64,000 nt of DNA from Gammaproteobacteria bacterium. Its GTDB lineage: Bacteria > Pseudomonadota > Gammaproteobacteria > Ga0077536. The notes below the pieces were generated by a model. The model searched no databases. It was not told the DNA's origin and saw only the letters and a list, made by a program, of their open reading frames with translations. This document shows positions 1 through 10,338 of this stretch, one piece after another. Both the position numbers and the translations under genes were made by a program. Numbering within the stretch: position 1 is the first letter of the stretch; each line of letters opens with the position of its first letter. The DNA lies in contig CAXXLL010000002.1 in NCBI GenBank assembly GCA_963662545.2, positions 1,664,001 through 1,728,000 of the forward strand. The letters run 5' to 3'.

Positions 1-1215
1 ATGGACGAATTGCTCGAACGCAACCGCCGTGCGATGGCACAGCTTATCGCCAAGGTCATTCCGGAAGAGAAACGCTATTTCGAGGATTACGTATGCGACG
101 ACGGGTTGGGTATGGGGCCTTACAAACTGGCCTGCACCATGTGGCGCGAAGGGGAGAAAGTCATTTTCGATTTCTCGGGCACCGATCCACAGTCCGTCGG
201 CTCGATTAATTTTTACCTCAACGAAGAAATGTTCAAGATGTTCTGCGGCGTTTTCATGATCATGGTTTTCGATCCGCAGATCATGTTCAACGATGGCTTT
301 TACGACTTGATGGAGGTTCGAATCCCGGAAGGAACGCTGCTCAAACCGAAGCATCCCGCCGCGCTGTCCTGTCGTACGCACGCCCTAGGGCGCATATTCG
401 ACATCATCAGCGGCCTGTTTGGTCAGGGTGCGCCGGAATTCATGTGCGCGGCCGGCTTCTCCGACAGTCCCCATTTCATGTACTCCGGGGTCGATTCCCA
501 TGGCGACTGGTACCAGTTGTATCAGATTGGCTTCGGCGGCATTCCGGGCAGGCCCATGGGCGACGGCCCGGATGGTCATTCGCTTTGGCCGAATTTCACG
601 AACGTTCCCAACGAGTTTCTGGAAAGTTACTTTCCCTTGCGAATCGACATCTATGAAACGATCGCGGATTCGGGCGGGCCGGGTCTGCATCGCGGCGGCA
701 ACGGCGTGCGCGTCGGCTATCGGTTTCTCGAACGCGGCGAGATCTCCGTGCACGACGATCGCTGGCTGACCTATCCCTGGGGCGTGAACGGGGGCCTGCC
801 CGGCGCGCGCAGCCGCAAGCTGTTGCAGCGTGCGGACGGCACTGAGCAACTGGTGCCTTCTAAATGCGATCGCGTCGCAGTCGAAGCCGGCGATCTGCTG
901 TTGTTCGAAACCTGGGGCGGCGGTGGCTGGGGTGATCCGCTGGCGCGCGACCCGGATCGCGTTGCCCTCGATGTCCGGCGCGGTTTAGCTACCGTGGAGG
1001 GTGTGCGGCGCTACGGCGTTGTCGTCGGCGACGATGGCCGAGCGATCACCGACAAAACCGAAACGCTGCGCGGCGAGATGGCTGCCGCCCGGACCGAAAT
1101 ACTGCTCGTCGACAAGGGCGGTACGATCGAGGAGCTGAAAGCGCGTTGCCTGGAAGAAACCGGTTTCGAACCGCCGGTGGCACCGGTATTCGGTACTGGT
1201 ACCGGGCCGACGTAG
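1..1215 (+). CDS. Hydantoinase B/5-oxoprolinase family protein (5' end probably outside window)
   Basis: Motifs DFSGTDPQ, GGIPGRP.GDGPDG, NVPNEFLE..FPL, DSGGPG..RGG, GGGGWGDP. Confidence 0.9.
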   Translation: MDELLERNRRAMAQLIAKVIPEEKRYFEDYVCDDGLGMGPYKLACTMWREGEKVIFDFSGTDPQSVGSINFYLNEEMFKMFCGVFMIMVFDPQIMFNDGFYDLMEVRIPEGTLLKPKHPAALSCRTHALGRIFDIISGLFGQGAPEFMCAAGFSDSPHFMYSGVDSHGDWYQLYQIGFGGIPGRPMGDGPDGHSLWPNFTNVPNEFLESYFPLRIDIYETIADSGGPGLHRGGNGVRVGYRFLERGEISVHDDRWLTYPWGVNGGLPGARSRKLLQRADGTEQLVPSKCDRVAVEAGDLLLFETWGGGGWGDPLARDPDRVALDVRRGLATVEGVRRYGVVVGDDGRAITDKTETLRGEMAAARTEILLVDKGGTIEELKARCLEETGFEPPVAPVFGTGTGPT

Positions 1216-1294
1216 TATGGTTTGATCGAATCGCCGCGGGCCGCGCCGACTCTTCACTGCGGCGGCGAGGTGGCAGTCACAGGAGGATTCCCCG

Positions 1295-2893
1295 ATGAGT
1301 TCGACCCAGTCCCTGGCGCCACGCGACGGCGTCATCGAGCGCCTCGCCGATATCGTGGGCGCAGACCACTGCCTGACTTCGGAGAAAGACCGACGCTTCT
1401 TCTCGACGGATCTCAGTTACATTCCGGACGAGGTCGCCGAAGTCGTCGTGCAGCCCGACAACGCAGAACAACTCGCCGCGTGTGTTCGCTGCGCGACGGA
1501 TGCCGGCATGGCGGTGGTAGCACGCGGCGGCGGTATGTCCTATACGCGCGGTTACCAGCCGGAGCGCGCGGATTCAATGCTTATTGACCTGCGCCGTTTG
1601 AACCGCATTCTCGACATCAATACCGAAGACATGTATGTCGCCGTCGAGACGGGTTGTACGTGGATGCAACTGTACGAGGCCTTGAGTGAGCGGGGCGTCC
1701 GAACGCCCTATTTCGGTCCCCTGTCGGGGATGTACGCCACGGTTGGTGGCGCGCTGTCGCAGAACAGCCTGTTTTTAGGCTCTGGCGTTTACAACACGGT
1801 GGCCGAAAGCGTCATCGGGCTCAAGGTGGTGCTCGCCGACGGCAGCCTGCTGCAGACGGGCTCGGCGGCGCACATCAACGGCCAGCCGTTCTGGCGTCAT
1901 TTCGGACCTGATCTGACCGGTATTTTTACGGCCGACACCGGCGCTTTCGGCGTCAAGGCCGAAGCCACCCTGCGATTGATCGAGGCGCCCGAAGTCACGC
2001 TATTCATGTCCTACGCCTTCGACACCATCGAGGCGATGATCGCAACGCAGACGGTGCTGGCCCGCAAACGGATCTGCGCGGAATGCTACGGTTTCGATCC
2101 GTACTACAACGCGGCCTTCGAAAAGCAGGGCTTCACTTTCGGCGAGGGACTGGCGGTGCTGCGGGACGTCGCCATAAGCGAAGGCGGCATCAAGGGTCTG
2201 TGGACGTCCTTCAAGGTCGCCACCGCGGGAAAGACGTTCCTCAGCAAGGTGAATTACTCGTTGCACATGACGTTTGACAGCTACGACAAGGATGTTGCAC
2301 ACACGGCGCTGGAGCTCGCACGCGGAATTTGTCTCGAACAAGGCGGCCGTGAAATCGACAACACGCTGCCGACTGTGTTCAGAGCCCAACCGTTCGGCGG
2401 CGTGCGCACGGTGCTGCTCGGTTCCGAAGGCGAGATCTGGCTGCCGGTGCACGGGTTCATGCCCTTGTCTAAAGCCGTGGAAGTGGGTAATGCGACGGAA
2501 TCTTTTTTCGCCGAGCATCGCGAAACGATGGAAAAATACAATATTCACAGTTCCTACTTGACCTGTTTCGCCGGTACAGAGTTTGTGATCGAACCCAGCA
2601 TTTACTGGCACGACGAGCTCGGTGATTTCCGCTTGAGTCTGATCGAAGACGAGTTTGCCGAAAAGTGGAAAGACATTCCCGCGGACGAGGAAAAGCGCAA
2701 GATTGCACTCAAACTCCGCGACGACCTGCGCGATCTCTACGATCGGCACGGCTGCTGTCATCTGCAGTTGGGCAAGTACTATCCCTACCAGGAGATGATG
2801 AATAACGAAGCACTCCGCAAGCTGCTTAACGGCGTCAAGGATTTGCTCGATCCGGCGCGCCAGATAAATCCGGGGTCGTTGGGATTGCGCTGA
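1295..2893 (+). CDS. FAD-binding oxidoreductase (VAO/PCMH, GlcD-like)
   Basis: ARGGGMSY, ATVGGALS, FGPDLTG.F, C-terminal LLDP..QINPG; RBS AGGAGG upstream. Confidence 0.85.
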   Translation: MSSTQSLAPRDGVIERLADIVGADHCLTSEKDRRFFSTDLSYIPDEVAEVVVQPDNAEQLAACVRCATDAGMAVVARGGGMSYTRGYQPERADSMLIDLRRLNRILDINTEDMYVAVETGCTWMQLYEALSERGVRTPYFGPLSGMYATVGGALSQNSLFLGSGVYNTVAESVIGLKVVLADGSLLQTGSAAHINGQPFWRHFGPDLTGIFTADTGAFGVKAEATLRLIEAPEVTLFMSYAFDTIEAMIATQTVLARKRICAECYGFDPYYNAAFEKQGFTFGEGLAVLRDVAISEGGIKGLWTSFKVATAGKTFLSKVNYSLHMTFDSYDKDVAHTALELARGICLEQGGREIDNTLPTVFRAQPFGGVRTVLLGSEGEIWLPVHGFMPLSKAVEVGNATESFFAEHRETMEKYNIHSSYLTCFAGTEFVIEPSIYWHDELGDFRLSLIEDEFAEKWKDIPADEEKRKIALKLRDDLRDLYDRHGCCHLQLGKYYPYQEMMNNEALRKLLNGVKDLLDPARQINPGSLGLR

Positions 2894-2897
2894 TCCA

Positions 2898-3695
2898 GTG
2901 CCCGTATCGATTCGCAAGTCCTACGCCGACACCAGCGGCGGGCAGATCCATTACCGTCACACGGGCAGCGGGGGCACGCCTATCGTCCTGCTCCAGCAGA
3001 CCGCGAGCTCCTCGCAGATGTATCTACGGATGATGGAAGTCCTGGGCGAGGACTTTGAGCTCGTAGCCTTCGACACGCCGGGATTCGGCGGATCCTTCGA
3101 TCCGCCCCAGCAATCGCGACCGTCGATTGAGGATTATGCCGGCTGGCTTCTCGAAGCGATGAACGCGGTGGGATTATCGGCGTTTCATCTCTTCGGACAC
3201 CACACGGGCGCGTGTATCGGCGTGGAGATCGCAGCGGCGCACCCCGACCGCGTGGCCTCGTTAATGCTATGCGGCCCGGTGCCGTTGACCGCTGCCGAGC
3301 GCCATGAATTCAGCAAGCAGTTCGGTAAACCGATCGCGCCGACGCCGGACGGCTCCTATCTGCTCGAGACCTGGGAGTATCTTCGCAGCCTGGGCGCCGA
3401 CCGGGACCTCGCGCTGCACCATCGCGAGATGATCGATACCTTGCGCGCTTACGAGGGTCGGGCCATCGCGTATGCCGCCGTCTGGAAGCAGGACTGGACG
3501 GCTACCTACGAAAAGCTTACCTGTCCCCTCTTGCTCCTGTGCGCCGAGGACGACGTGCTGTACCCGTTTTTCGAACGCGCGCAGACCCTGCGTAGCGATG
3601 CTAAGGCGGTGACGATCAGCGGCGCCAACTTTGCACCCGATCTCGACACCGAGGCGGTCGCGAGTGCGATCCGGAAGTTTTTGGCTGACGGCTGA
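2898..3695 (+). CDS. Alpha/beta fold hydrolase with atypical nucleophile elbow (GHHTG)
   Basis: DTPGFGGS, LFGHHTGA.IG, HPDRV.SL.L. Confidence 0.85.
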   Translation: MPVSIRKSYADTSGGQIHYRHTGSGGTPIVLLQQTASSSQMYLRMMEVLGEDFELVAFDTPGFGGSFDPPQQSRPSIEDYAGWLLEAMNAVGLSAFHLFGHHTGACIGVEIAAAHPDRVASLMLCGPVPLTAAERHEFSKQFGKPIAPTPDGSYLLETWEYLRSLGADRDLALHHREMIDTLRAYEGRAIAYAAVWKQDWTATYEKLTCPLLLLCAEDDVLYPFFERAQTLRSDAKAVTISGANFAPDLDTEAVASAIRKFLADG

Positions 3696-3784
3696 ACGGG
3701 CATCGTCAACGTAAAAGGGCCGCGAACGTAGCGCCGTGAGGCGCGGCGAGCGTATTTTGATCATTCATTGAGGAAGAGCGGTCG

Positions 3785-4660
3785 ATGCAAATCGGATATA
3801 TCGGGGCAGGATTGATGAGTACGCCCATGATCGAGAATCTGCTCGACGATGGCCACGAAGTCACCGTATGGAACCGCACTGCGGCCAAGGCGGAGGCCCT
3901 GGTCGCGCATGGGGCGAAGTTCGCCCCCGAGGCGGCCGCCGTCTGTTCTCCGGGCGGGCTCGTCATGAGCTGTCTCGCCGACGATGCCGCACTCGAGGCG
4001 GTGTTCGAAGACGGCAGCGTACTTCAGGCCCTGGGACCGGGGGGCATTCACGCGTCGATGAGCACCATTTCGGCCGCCTGCGCCGCGCGGCTGGCCGAAC
4101 GGCATGGCGATCTGGGGATCGTCTACCTCGCCGCGCCGATTTGCGGCCGTCCGGATGCGGTGAAGGCGCGCCGGCAGTCCTTTCTCCTTGCTGGTGATGC
4201 GAGCGCCAAAGCGCGCGTGATCGGAACGCTCGAAGCGCTCGGCCGGCGCGTGTTCGATTTCGGTGAGGATCCGACCGCTGCCAACGTCGTCAAGATCAAT
4301 TTCAATTTTCTGATCGTCTCGGCGGTCGAGGCGATGGCCGAGGCATTTGCGGTCATTGAAAAATCAGGTCTCGACGTTGCGGCGTTCCATGAGATGATCA
4401 TCGGCACGGCCTTCGGTTGTCCCCTGTATGAAGGCTACGGGCGTCAGCTTCAGCAACAAGCGTGGGACGTGGCCGGCTTCAGGCTGGCCCTCGGACTGAA
4501 GGACGTTAAACTGGTCGCCGAGACCGCTGCCGCATGTGGCGCGCGGATGCGCCTCGGCGAATTATTGTTGAAACGTTTCGAAACTGCCGTCGCCAACGGC
4601 CTGTCGGACAAAGACTGGACTGCGGTCGCAGAAGAGATCCGCGCCGAAGCTGGATTGTAG
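3785..4660 (+). CDS. NAD(P)-dependent beta-hydroxyacid dehydrogenase family protein
   Basis: IGYIGAGLMS, VWNRT, MSTIS, AAPICG, VKI..N, LGLKD. Confidence 0.9.
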   Translation: MQIGYIGAGLMSTPMIENLLDDGHEVTVWNRTAAKAEALVAHGAKFAPEAAAVCSPGGLVMSCLADDAALEAVFEDGSVLQALGPGGIHASMSTISAACAARLAERHGDLGIVYLAAPICGRPDAVKARRQSFLLAGDASAKARVIGTLEALGRRVFDFGEDPTAANVVKINFNFLIVSAVEAMAEAFAVIEKSGLDVAAFHEMIIGTAFGCPLYEGYGRQLQQQAWDVAGFRLALGLKDVKLVAETAAACGARMRLGELLLKRFETAVANGLSDKDWTAVAEEIRAEAGL

Positions 4661-4695
4661 AGCAACGGAACCACCGTAACTGGAGCGAATGTCTA

Positions 4696-5562
4696 ATGGC
4701 GAAAGTCGGTGTAATCAAGGAAATCTGGCGCTTCCCAGTGAAGTCCATGCAGGGCGACACGGTGGCACGATGCACGGTATCGAAACAGGGCCTGCTGGGC
4801 GATCGCTGTTGGGCGATGCGCGATGAAGGGCGTAAAGAAGTTCAATGGGGCAAGAAGTACCCGCAGCTGATGCTGTGCAAAGCGCGTTACCGCGAAGAAC
4901 CGGACGGCGGTGACATCAAGCCCGTTGAGATAACCTTTCCCGACGGCGAAACCGTGGGCAGCGACGATGCGGCCGTGCACGCCAAGCTGACGGAACTCAT
5001 CGGCCGCGAAGCAATGCTGTGGCCCTTGCAACCGGCCAGCGACGTTAAATTCTATAAACGCTATAAGCCCGATGAAGAACAGTTCATGAAGGAGATAGCC
5101 GAGGCTTTCGCCCGCGAACCGGGCGAGCCGGTGCCCGACATGAGTCAGTTCCCGGAAGTGCTCATGGATCACGTTTCGGTGCCGGGGACGTTCTTCGACA
5201 ACGAGGAACTTAATATGATCACGACGGCCTCGATGCGCTACATTGCATCGAAGAATCCTGAAGCCTCTTGGGACATTCGACGCTTTCGGCCGAATTTCTA
5301 CATCGAGACGGACAGTGGACTCGAAGGACTCGTGGAAAACGAGTGGGTCGGCCGGCGCTTGCGGATCGGCGCGACCACGGTCGAAATATCGGCGCCGACG
5401 CCGCGTTGCGGGATGACCGTGCGGCCACAGGGCGACCTCGACTACGACAAGAGTATTCTGCGTACTATCGTCAAGGACGGCGATCAGAATCTCGGCGTCG
5501 GCGCGCATTTTCGTGAGGGTGGCGAGGTTCGGGTTGGCGATACGGTCGAGGTACTCGATTGA
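4696..5562 (+). CDS. MOSC domain protein
   Basis: WRFPVKSMQG, GDRCWA, RRFRPNF, PRCGM, G.VRVGD; start moved to ATG 4696 after GGAG. Confidence 0.9.
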   Translation: MAKVGVIKEIWRFPVKSMQGDTVARCTVSKQGLLGDRCWAMRDEGRKEVQWGKKYPQLMLCKARYREEPDGGDIKPVEITFPDGETVGSDDAAVHAKLTELIGREAMLWPLQPASDVKFYKRYKPDEEQFMKEIAEAFAREPGEPVPDMSQFPEVLMDHVSVPGTFFDNEELNMITTASMRYIASKNPEASWDIRRFRPNFYIETDSGLEGLVENEWVGRRLRIGATTVEISAPTPRCGMTVRPQGDLDYDKSILRTIVKDGDQNLGVGAHFREGGEVRVGDTVEVLD

Positions 5563-5584
5563 ACAGCCGTTCGGTCAAACCTAC

Positions 5585-6274
5585 ATGATTTCGTTTAACG
5601 GATTCCCCAAGGGGTGTATTCCCTACCTTAAACGGCTCGCAAGGAATAACGAACGCGCCTGGTTTAATGAGAACAAGCCGCGTTACGAGGATTGCGTGCG
5701 TGAACCGGCGCTCGCTTTTATCGAGGCCATGGGACCGGAAATCGGGAAGTTATCGCCGCATTTTCGCGCGATTCCCAAGAAAGTGGGCGGTTCGTTGATG
5801 CGCGTGTACCGCGATACGCGCTTCGCCAGGGATAAAACGCCCTACAAAACGAATATCGGAATTCAGTTCCGCCACGAACTCGGCAAGGACGTCCATGCGC
5901 CGGGATTTTATGTTCACATCGAGCCGGGTAATTGTTTCATTGGCGCGGGGATTTGGCATCCCGAATCTAAGGTGCTAACGCGGATCAGAGAATTCATTGC
6001 GGATAATCCAAACGCCTGGAAGCAGGCGAGCATGAAGCGGCGATTCAAGAAGGATTTCTCGTTCGTCGGCGGTACGCTCAAGCGGCCCCCGCGCGGGTTT
6101 TCCCCCGACCATGAGCTGATCATCGATCTCAAGCGCAAGGATTTCATCGCCTGCAAGAATTTCGACGACACGGAGATCCTGAGCCGCGCATTCGTACACT
6201 TCGTCTTCCGTGCGTTCAAGCGCGCCGATCCGCTCATGAGTTATCTCTGCATGGCAGTAGACGCCCAATATTGA
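5585..6274 (+). CDS. DUF2461 family protein
   Basis: NNERAWFNENK, RVYRDTRFARDKTPYK, GFYVHIEPG, LKRPPRG. Confidence 0.85.
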   Translation: MISFNGFPKGCIPYLKRLARNNERAWFNENKPRYEDCVREPALAFIEAMGPEIGKLSPHFRAIPKKVGGSLMRVYRDTRFARDKTPYKTNIGIQFRHELGKDVHAPGFYVHIEPGNCFIGAGIWHPESKVLTRIREFIADNPNAWKQASMKRRFKKDFSFVGGTLKRPPRGFSPDHELIIDLKRKDFIACKNFDDTEILSRAFVHFVFRAFKRADPLMSYLCMAVDAQY

Positions 6275-7023
6275 TCGTTGCGCCGATAGAGGAGGCTCGT
6301 TCGTTGCGTCCCGCCGTTCGATTTTCGTTCCGTCCTTGGGGTCAATTGATCGCGGCGGCCCTCGTCGCGTGGTCGACAGCGGGCTGGGCCGCCGAAGAAG
6401 CCAGCGTCAGCCCAGGCGTCAACCGTCAATACCTTCGGCCCGACGTAAACGTCGCGGAATGGATCGATCGCTTCGAAGGCGAGAGCCGCGAAATCTACGC
6501 CCTGCGTCACGCTATCGCCGATGCGGTTGGGATCGAAGCCGGCGACGTGGTGGCCGATGTCGGCGCCGGCACCGGACTGTTCGTCCCGCTGTTTGCGGCG
6601 CGTGCCGGCTCCGACGGTCATGTCTATGCGCTCGATATCGCGCCCAAGTTTGCAGCCCACATTCGCGACCGCGTTGACGAGGCCGGTCTGGCCGGCGTCA
6701 GTGTTGTGCTGAGCCGGGAACGATCGATCACCTTGCCGCGGGACTCGATCGACATCGTCTTTCTGTGTGACGTCTATCATCACCTCGAATATCCGCAAAC
6801 CGTACTCGCCTCCATACGCCGCGCCCTGCGACCGCCGGGACGACTGGTCGTCATCGATTTCGAGCGAATCCCTGGCGCCACCCGGCCATGGATACTCGGA
6901 CACGTCCGTGCGGGTCGCGAGACCGTGATCGAAGAGATCCAGGCCGCGGGTTTCGTCCTCGAAGAGATGGACGCGGTCGACGGTTTGAAAGAGAACTACT
7001 TCCTGCGCTTCCGTAATCCCTGA
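6271..7023 (+). CDS. Class I SAM-dependent methyltransferase, possibly exported
   Basis: VADVGAGTG motif I, DVYHH, LRPPGRLVVIDF. Confidence 0.85.
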   Translation: MIVAPIEEARSLRPAVRFSFRPWGQLIAAALVAWSTAGWAAEEASVSPGVNRQYLRPDVNVAEWIDRFEGESREIYALRHAIADAVGIEAGDVVADVGAGTGLFVPLFAARAGSDGHVYALDIAPKFAAHIRDRVDEAGLAGVSVVLSRERSITLPRDSIDIVFLCDVYHHLEYPQTVLASIRRALRPPGRLVVIDFERIPGATRPWILGHVRAGRETVIEEIQAAGFVLEEMDAVDGLKENYFLRFRNP

Positions 7024-7029
7024 CGCGCC

Positions 7030-8346
7030 GTGTTGGCGCCGCGCTTCGGCCTGCTCTCTCTGGTCGGCCTGGTAGTCGCCAACATGATCGGCGTGGGCGT
7101 TTTTACGACCTCGGGATTCGCGCTGGCGGACCTCGGCACGCCGGACCGCGTGATGCTCGCCTGGCTGACGGGCGGCTTGCTGGCCGTTTGTGGAGCACTC
7201 AGCTATGGAGCGCTGGTGCGGCGCATGACTGATTCGGGGGGCGAATATCTGTTTCTGTCGCGTGCCATACATCCGGCGGCCGGTTTCGTTGCCGGCTGGG
7301 TGTCACTGCTGGCCGGATTTACGGGCGCCATCGCCCTGGCGGCGACGGCGCTCGAAGCGTATCTGTTGCCGGCTGGCACGCGCGCCGGCTGGATCCCCGA
7401 GGACGCGGTGGCGCTTACGGTGGTTTTCGCGGCCGGCGCCTTGCACGTCCGTAAGGTCGGTCTCGGTGCAGGCATCCAGAATGCGCTCGTGATCGTGAAA
7501 CTCGTTCTGATCGGCGCGATCACCGTCTTCGCCCTGGTGAAGCTGTCCACGACTACGGGTCCCACGGGCATGCCTTTGGCGATCGGGGATGGCGCCGTAC
7601 CGGATTTCGAGTGGTCGGGATTCGCCATAAGCCTGATGTGGATATCGCTGAGTTACTCCGGTTTCAACGCAGCGGTCTACGTCGCCGGTGAAGCCCGGGA
7701 CGCGAAACGCCAGGTTCCCCGCGCCTTGATCCTGGGCACGGTCGTCGTCACCGTCATCTACCTTGCGCTCAACGCCTTGTTCGTCTATGGCGCACCATTC
7801 GCGGCGATCGCGGGGTACGAAGACGTCGCCGCACGCGCGCTGACGGCGCTCGGCGGTGAGACCCTGGGCTTGACGATGCGCGGCATCGTCATCCTGGCGT
7901 TGGCGACTTCGGTGTCATCAATGATCATGGCCGGTCCGCGCGTCTACGCACGCATGGCCGACGACGGGGTGTTACCGCGCGTTTTCGCCACGCAGGACGG
8001 TCGGATCGCACGCGCGGTGACCTTGCAAGTAGTGCTCGCCGCGCTGATCATCGTCGTGTCGGATCTGCGGGAACTACTATCCTATCTCGGCTTCACGCTG
8101 TCGGTCAGCGCAGCCCTGACGGTCAGTAGCTTGTTTGTACTGAGGCGGCGCGAAGGCGCGGCGGCGGTGCCGGTTCCGGGTTATCCTTGGGTGCCGGGCC
8201 TTTACGTCGGTGCGACATTGATGTTTGCCGCAATCGCCGCAATGTATCGCCCGTTAGAGCCCGTCGTCGGTGTCGCCACTCTCGCGACCGGGGTCGTCGC
8301 GTGGCTCATCATCGAACGGCGGCGGAATCGTATTAAAGCTCTTTGA
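7030..8346 (+). CDS. APC family amino acid permease
   Basis: About 12 hydrophobic segments; ANMIGVGVF, SGGEY.F, SYSGFN, GPRVYARMA.DG. Confidence 0.9.
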   Translation: MLAPRFGLLSLVGLVVANMIGVGVFTTSGFALADLGTPDRVMLAWLTGGLLAVCGALSYGALVRRMTDSGGEYLFLSRAIHPAAGFVAGWVSLLAGFTGAIALAATALEAYLLPAGTRAGWIPEDAVALTVVFAAGALHVRKVGLGAGIQNALVIVKLVLIGAITVFALVKLSTTTGPTGMPLAIGDGAVPDFEWSGFAISLMWISLSYSGFNAAVYVAGEARDAKRQVPRALILGTVVVTVIYLALNALFVYGAPFAAIAGYEDVAARALTALGGETLGLTMRGIVILALATSVSSMIMAGPRVYARMADDGVLPRVFATQDGRIARAVTLQVVLAALIIVVSDLRELLSYLGFTLSVSAALTVSSLFVLRRREGAAAVPVPGYPWVPGLYVGATLMFAAIAAMYRPLEPVVGVATLATGVVAWLIIERRRNRIKAL

Positions 8347-9412
8347 CACCCCCGCTCACGGGATGGCCCTGGGCCCGCCAGCCGAGCATGCCGCCGGCGA
8401 GGTTAGCGGCATCGGAGACGCCCGCGCGGCGCAGGATGACGATGGCCTGTGCCGAGCGACCGCCGGCGCGGCAGACGGTGACAATGGGCTTGTCCGTTTG
8501 CACTTCGTCCATGCGCTCGTTAAGGGCGCCGAGCGGTATCAGTGTCGCGCCCGCGATGTGGCCGAGCGGCCCGTCGTATTCGTCTGGTTCGCGGACGTCG
8601 AGAATATGCACCTCGGCAGGATGCTCTTCGATCCAACTCGGTTCGATTTCCCAGATGCCGGCAAAGGTGTAGCTGAGCGGCGCCCAGCTCGGCGTATCGT
8701 CCGGCAGCTCGTCGTTGTCGGGTCGGCCACATTTCAGGTTTGCCGGCAGCGCGATGTCGAGTTTCTTCGGGTGATCGAGCCCGAGGTTATTCATATAGCC
8801 CGTAAAGTCCTGCTCGCTGATCTGACCGCCGAGGCGCGGATTGAATTGCTTCTCTTCGCCGACGCTGGTCACGGTCAGGCCATTGTAGTCGTGCCCGGGA
8901 TAAAGCCGCGTAGTGTCGGGCAGTGAAAAAATTTGGGTACGCACCGAGCGGTACAAGTTCGCCGGGCTCCCCTGCTGAAAATCCGTTCGGCCGCAGCCGC
9001 GCACGAGGATGGTGTCGCCGGTGAAGGCCATGCTCTCGTCGTCCATCACGTAGGTGATGCAGCCGTCGGTGTGTCCGGGCGTTTCCCGGACTTCGAGAAA
9101 GCGATTTCCGAACGGCAGGTGGTCACCCTGTCGCAAATAGATGTCGGCCCCCGCAACCCCGGCATTTTTCGAGATCGCAATCTGCGCGCCGGTGCGCCGC
9201 TTGAGCAGCCAGGCGCCAGTCACGTGATCGGCGTGGCAGTGCGTATCGGCCACGGTTATGAGGGTCAGCCCGAGTTCGTGCAACAGCGCCGTATCGCGGC
9301 GGGCAAGTTCGAACACGGAATCGATCAGCAAGGCCTCACCGCTCTGCAGGTCGCCCAGTAGATAGGTTAAAGTCGAAGATTCCTGGTCGAAAAGCGGTCG
9401 AAATATGAGCAT
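8333..9412 (-). CDS. Persulfide dioxygenase (ETHE1-like MBL) fused to a rhodanese domain
   Basis: THCHADHVTG, TPGHT.GC, GCGRTDFQ, YPGHDY; C-terminal LDVREPDEY...CRAGGRS. Confidence 0.9.
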   Translation of the reverse strand: MLIFRPLFDQESSTLTYLLGDLQSGEALLIDSVFELARRDTALLHELGLTLITVADTHCHADHVTGAWLLKRRTGAQIAISKNAGVAGADIYLRQGDHLPFGNRFLEVRETPGHTDGCITYVMDDESMAFTGDTILVRGCGRTDFQQGSPANLYRSVRTQIFSLPDTTRLYPGHDYNGLTVTSVGEEKQFNPRLGGQISEQDFTGYMNNLGLDHPKKLDIALPANLKCGRPDNDELPDDTPSWAPLSYTFAGIWEIEPSWIEEHPAEVHILDVREPDEYDGPLGHIAGATLIPLGALNERMDEVQTDKPIVTVCRAGGRSAQAIVILRRAGVSDAANLAGGMLGWRAQGHPVSGGVKEL

Positions 9413-9444
9413 CGCTATTCCTCAGGGCGCGACGGCGGATGCAC

Positions 9445-10113
9445 TCACAGGCTTTTGGCGACAGCGCGTTCGAACGCGAGCGCGATCGTGCGGGGATCCT
9501 GAGCGCCCGAAAACAACAGTTTACCGTTGAAGAGGAACGCTGGAACGCCCTGTACGCCGAGTTCCTGGGCTTCACGCTCTTGCGCGTCGATAGCGGCATC
9601 CGCTTCGTCATCGGCGAGCAGGGCATCGACTGCCGCTGCGTCCAGCCTGGCATCGTGCGCAACCGCGCCCAGTACGGCAGCGTCACCGATGTCGCGGCCT
9701 TCGACGAAGTAAGCGGCGAAGAGGGTGTCGACAAGATCGTTCTGGCGCCTGTGCTCTTCCGCATAGGCAATGAGCCGATGGGCAAGGCGGGTGTTTGGGG
9801 TTCGCGCGATGCGATCGACCTCCATCGGCAGGCCGTCGGCCTTGGCATTTGCCGCGACGTTCGCGTAGAGCTGCCGAGCGTATTCGATTGAACCGAATTT
9901 ACGCTCGCAATAGGTGTCGCGGTCCATCCCTTCGCGGGGCATGGTCGGATTGAGTTCGAACGGGCGCCAGCGAACGTCGATTTCGATTTCAGGATCGAGC
10001 AATTCGAGCCCCTGCTCAAGGCGGTGCTTGCCGATGTAGCACCATGGACAGATAGGGTCGGAAACTACGTCCAGCTGAATCTTGCGCCGGGCATCGGGTG
10101 TGTTTGCGCTCAT
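9445..10113 (-). CDS. DsbA/FrnE family oxidoreductase
   Basis: SDPICPWCYIG, WRPFELNP, GVQGVP, SGAQ. Confidence 0.9.
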   Translation of the reverse strand: MSANTPDARRKIQLDVVSDPICPWCYIGKHRLEQGLELLDPEIEIDVRWRPFELNPTMPREGMDRDTYCERKFGSIEYARQLYANVAANAKADGLPMEVDRIARTPNTRLAHRLIAYAEEHRRQNDLVDTLFAAYFVEGRDIGDAAVLGAVAHDARLDAAAVDALLADDEADAAIDAQEREAQELGVQGVPAFLFNGKLLFSGAQDPRTIALAFERAVAKSL

Positions 10114-10190
10114 GTGGGTGCCCCTCGAGCTTGCTCGGGTCGTGGTATGGCATTGTGTCGCTCCGGCGTCCGGAAAAAAAGACCGGCATT

Positions 10191-10238
10191 CGGCAAACGC
10201 TTGCCGGGTTTGCCGGCGAACCCGGCAAATTAATGCCC
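10191..10238. promoter_or_regulatory. Paired palindromic candidate enhancer (bEBP) sites
   Basis: CGGCAA-ACGC-TTGCCG (10191-10206) and CGGCAA-ATTA-ATGCCC (10223-10238) upstream of the sigma-54 box. Confidence 0.5.
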
Positions 10239-10281
10239 TCGCTCAGCAAGGGCACGGTCGGTACACCAGGTTCTACGATCC

Positions 10282-10297
10282 TGGCACACGAATTGCT
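10282..10297 (+). promoter_or_regulatory. Sigma-54 (-24/-12) promoter
   Basis: TGGCAC-ACGAA-TTGCT matches TGGCAC-N5-TTGCW, about 40 bp upstream of ATG 10339. Confidence 0.7.
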
Positions 10298-10338
10298 GAA
10301 ATTACCAGCGACAAGCTCCTGTGGACGTTCAAGAAACC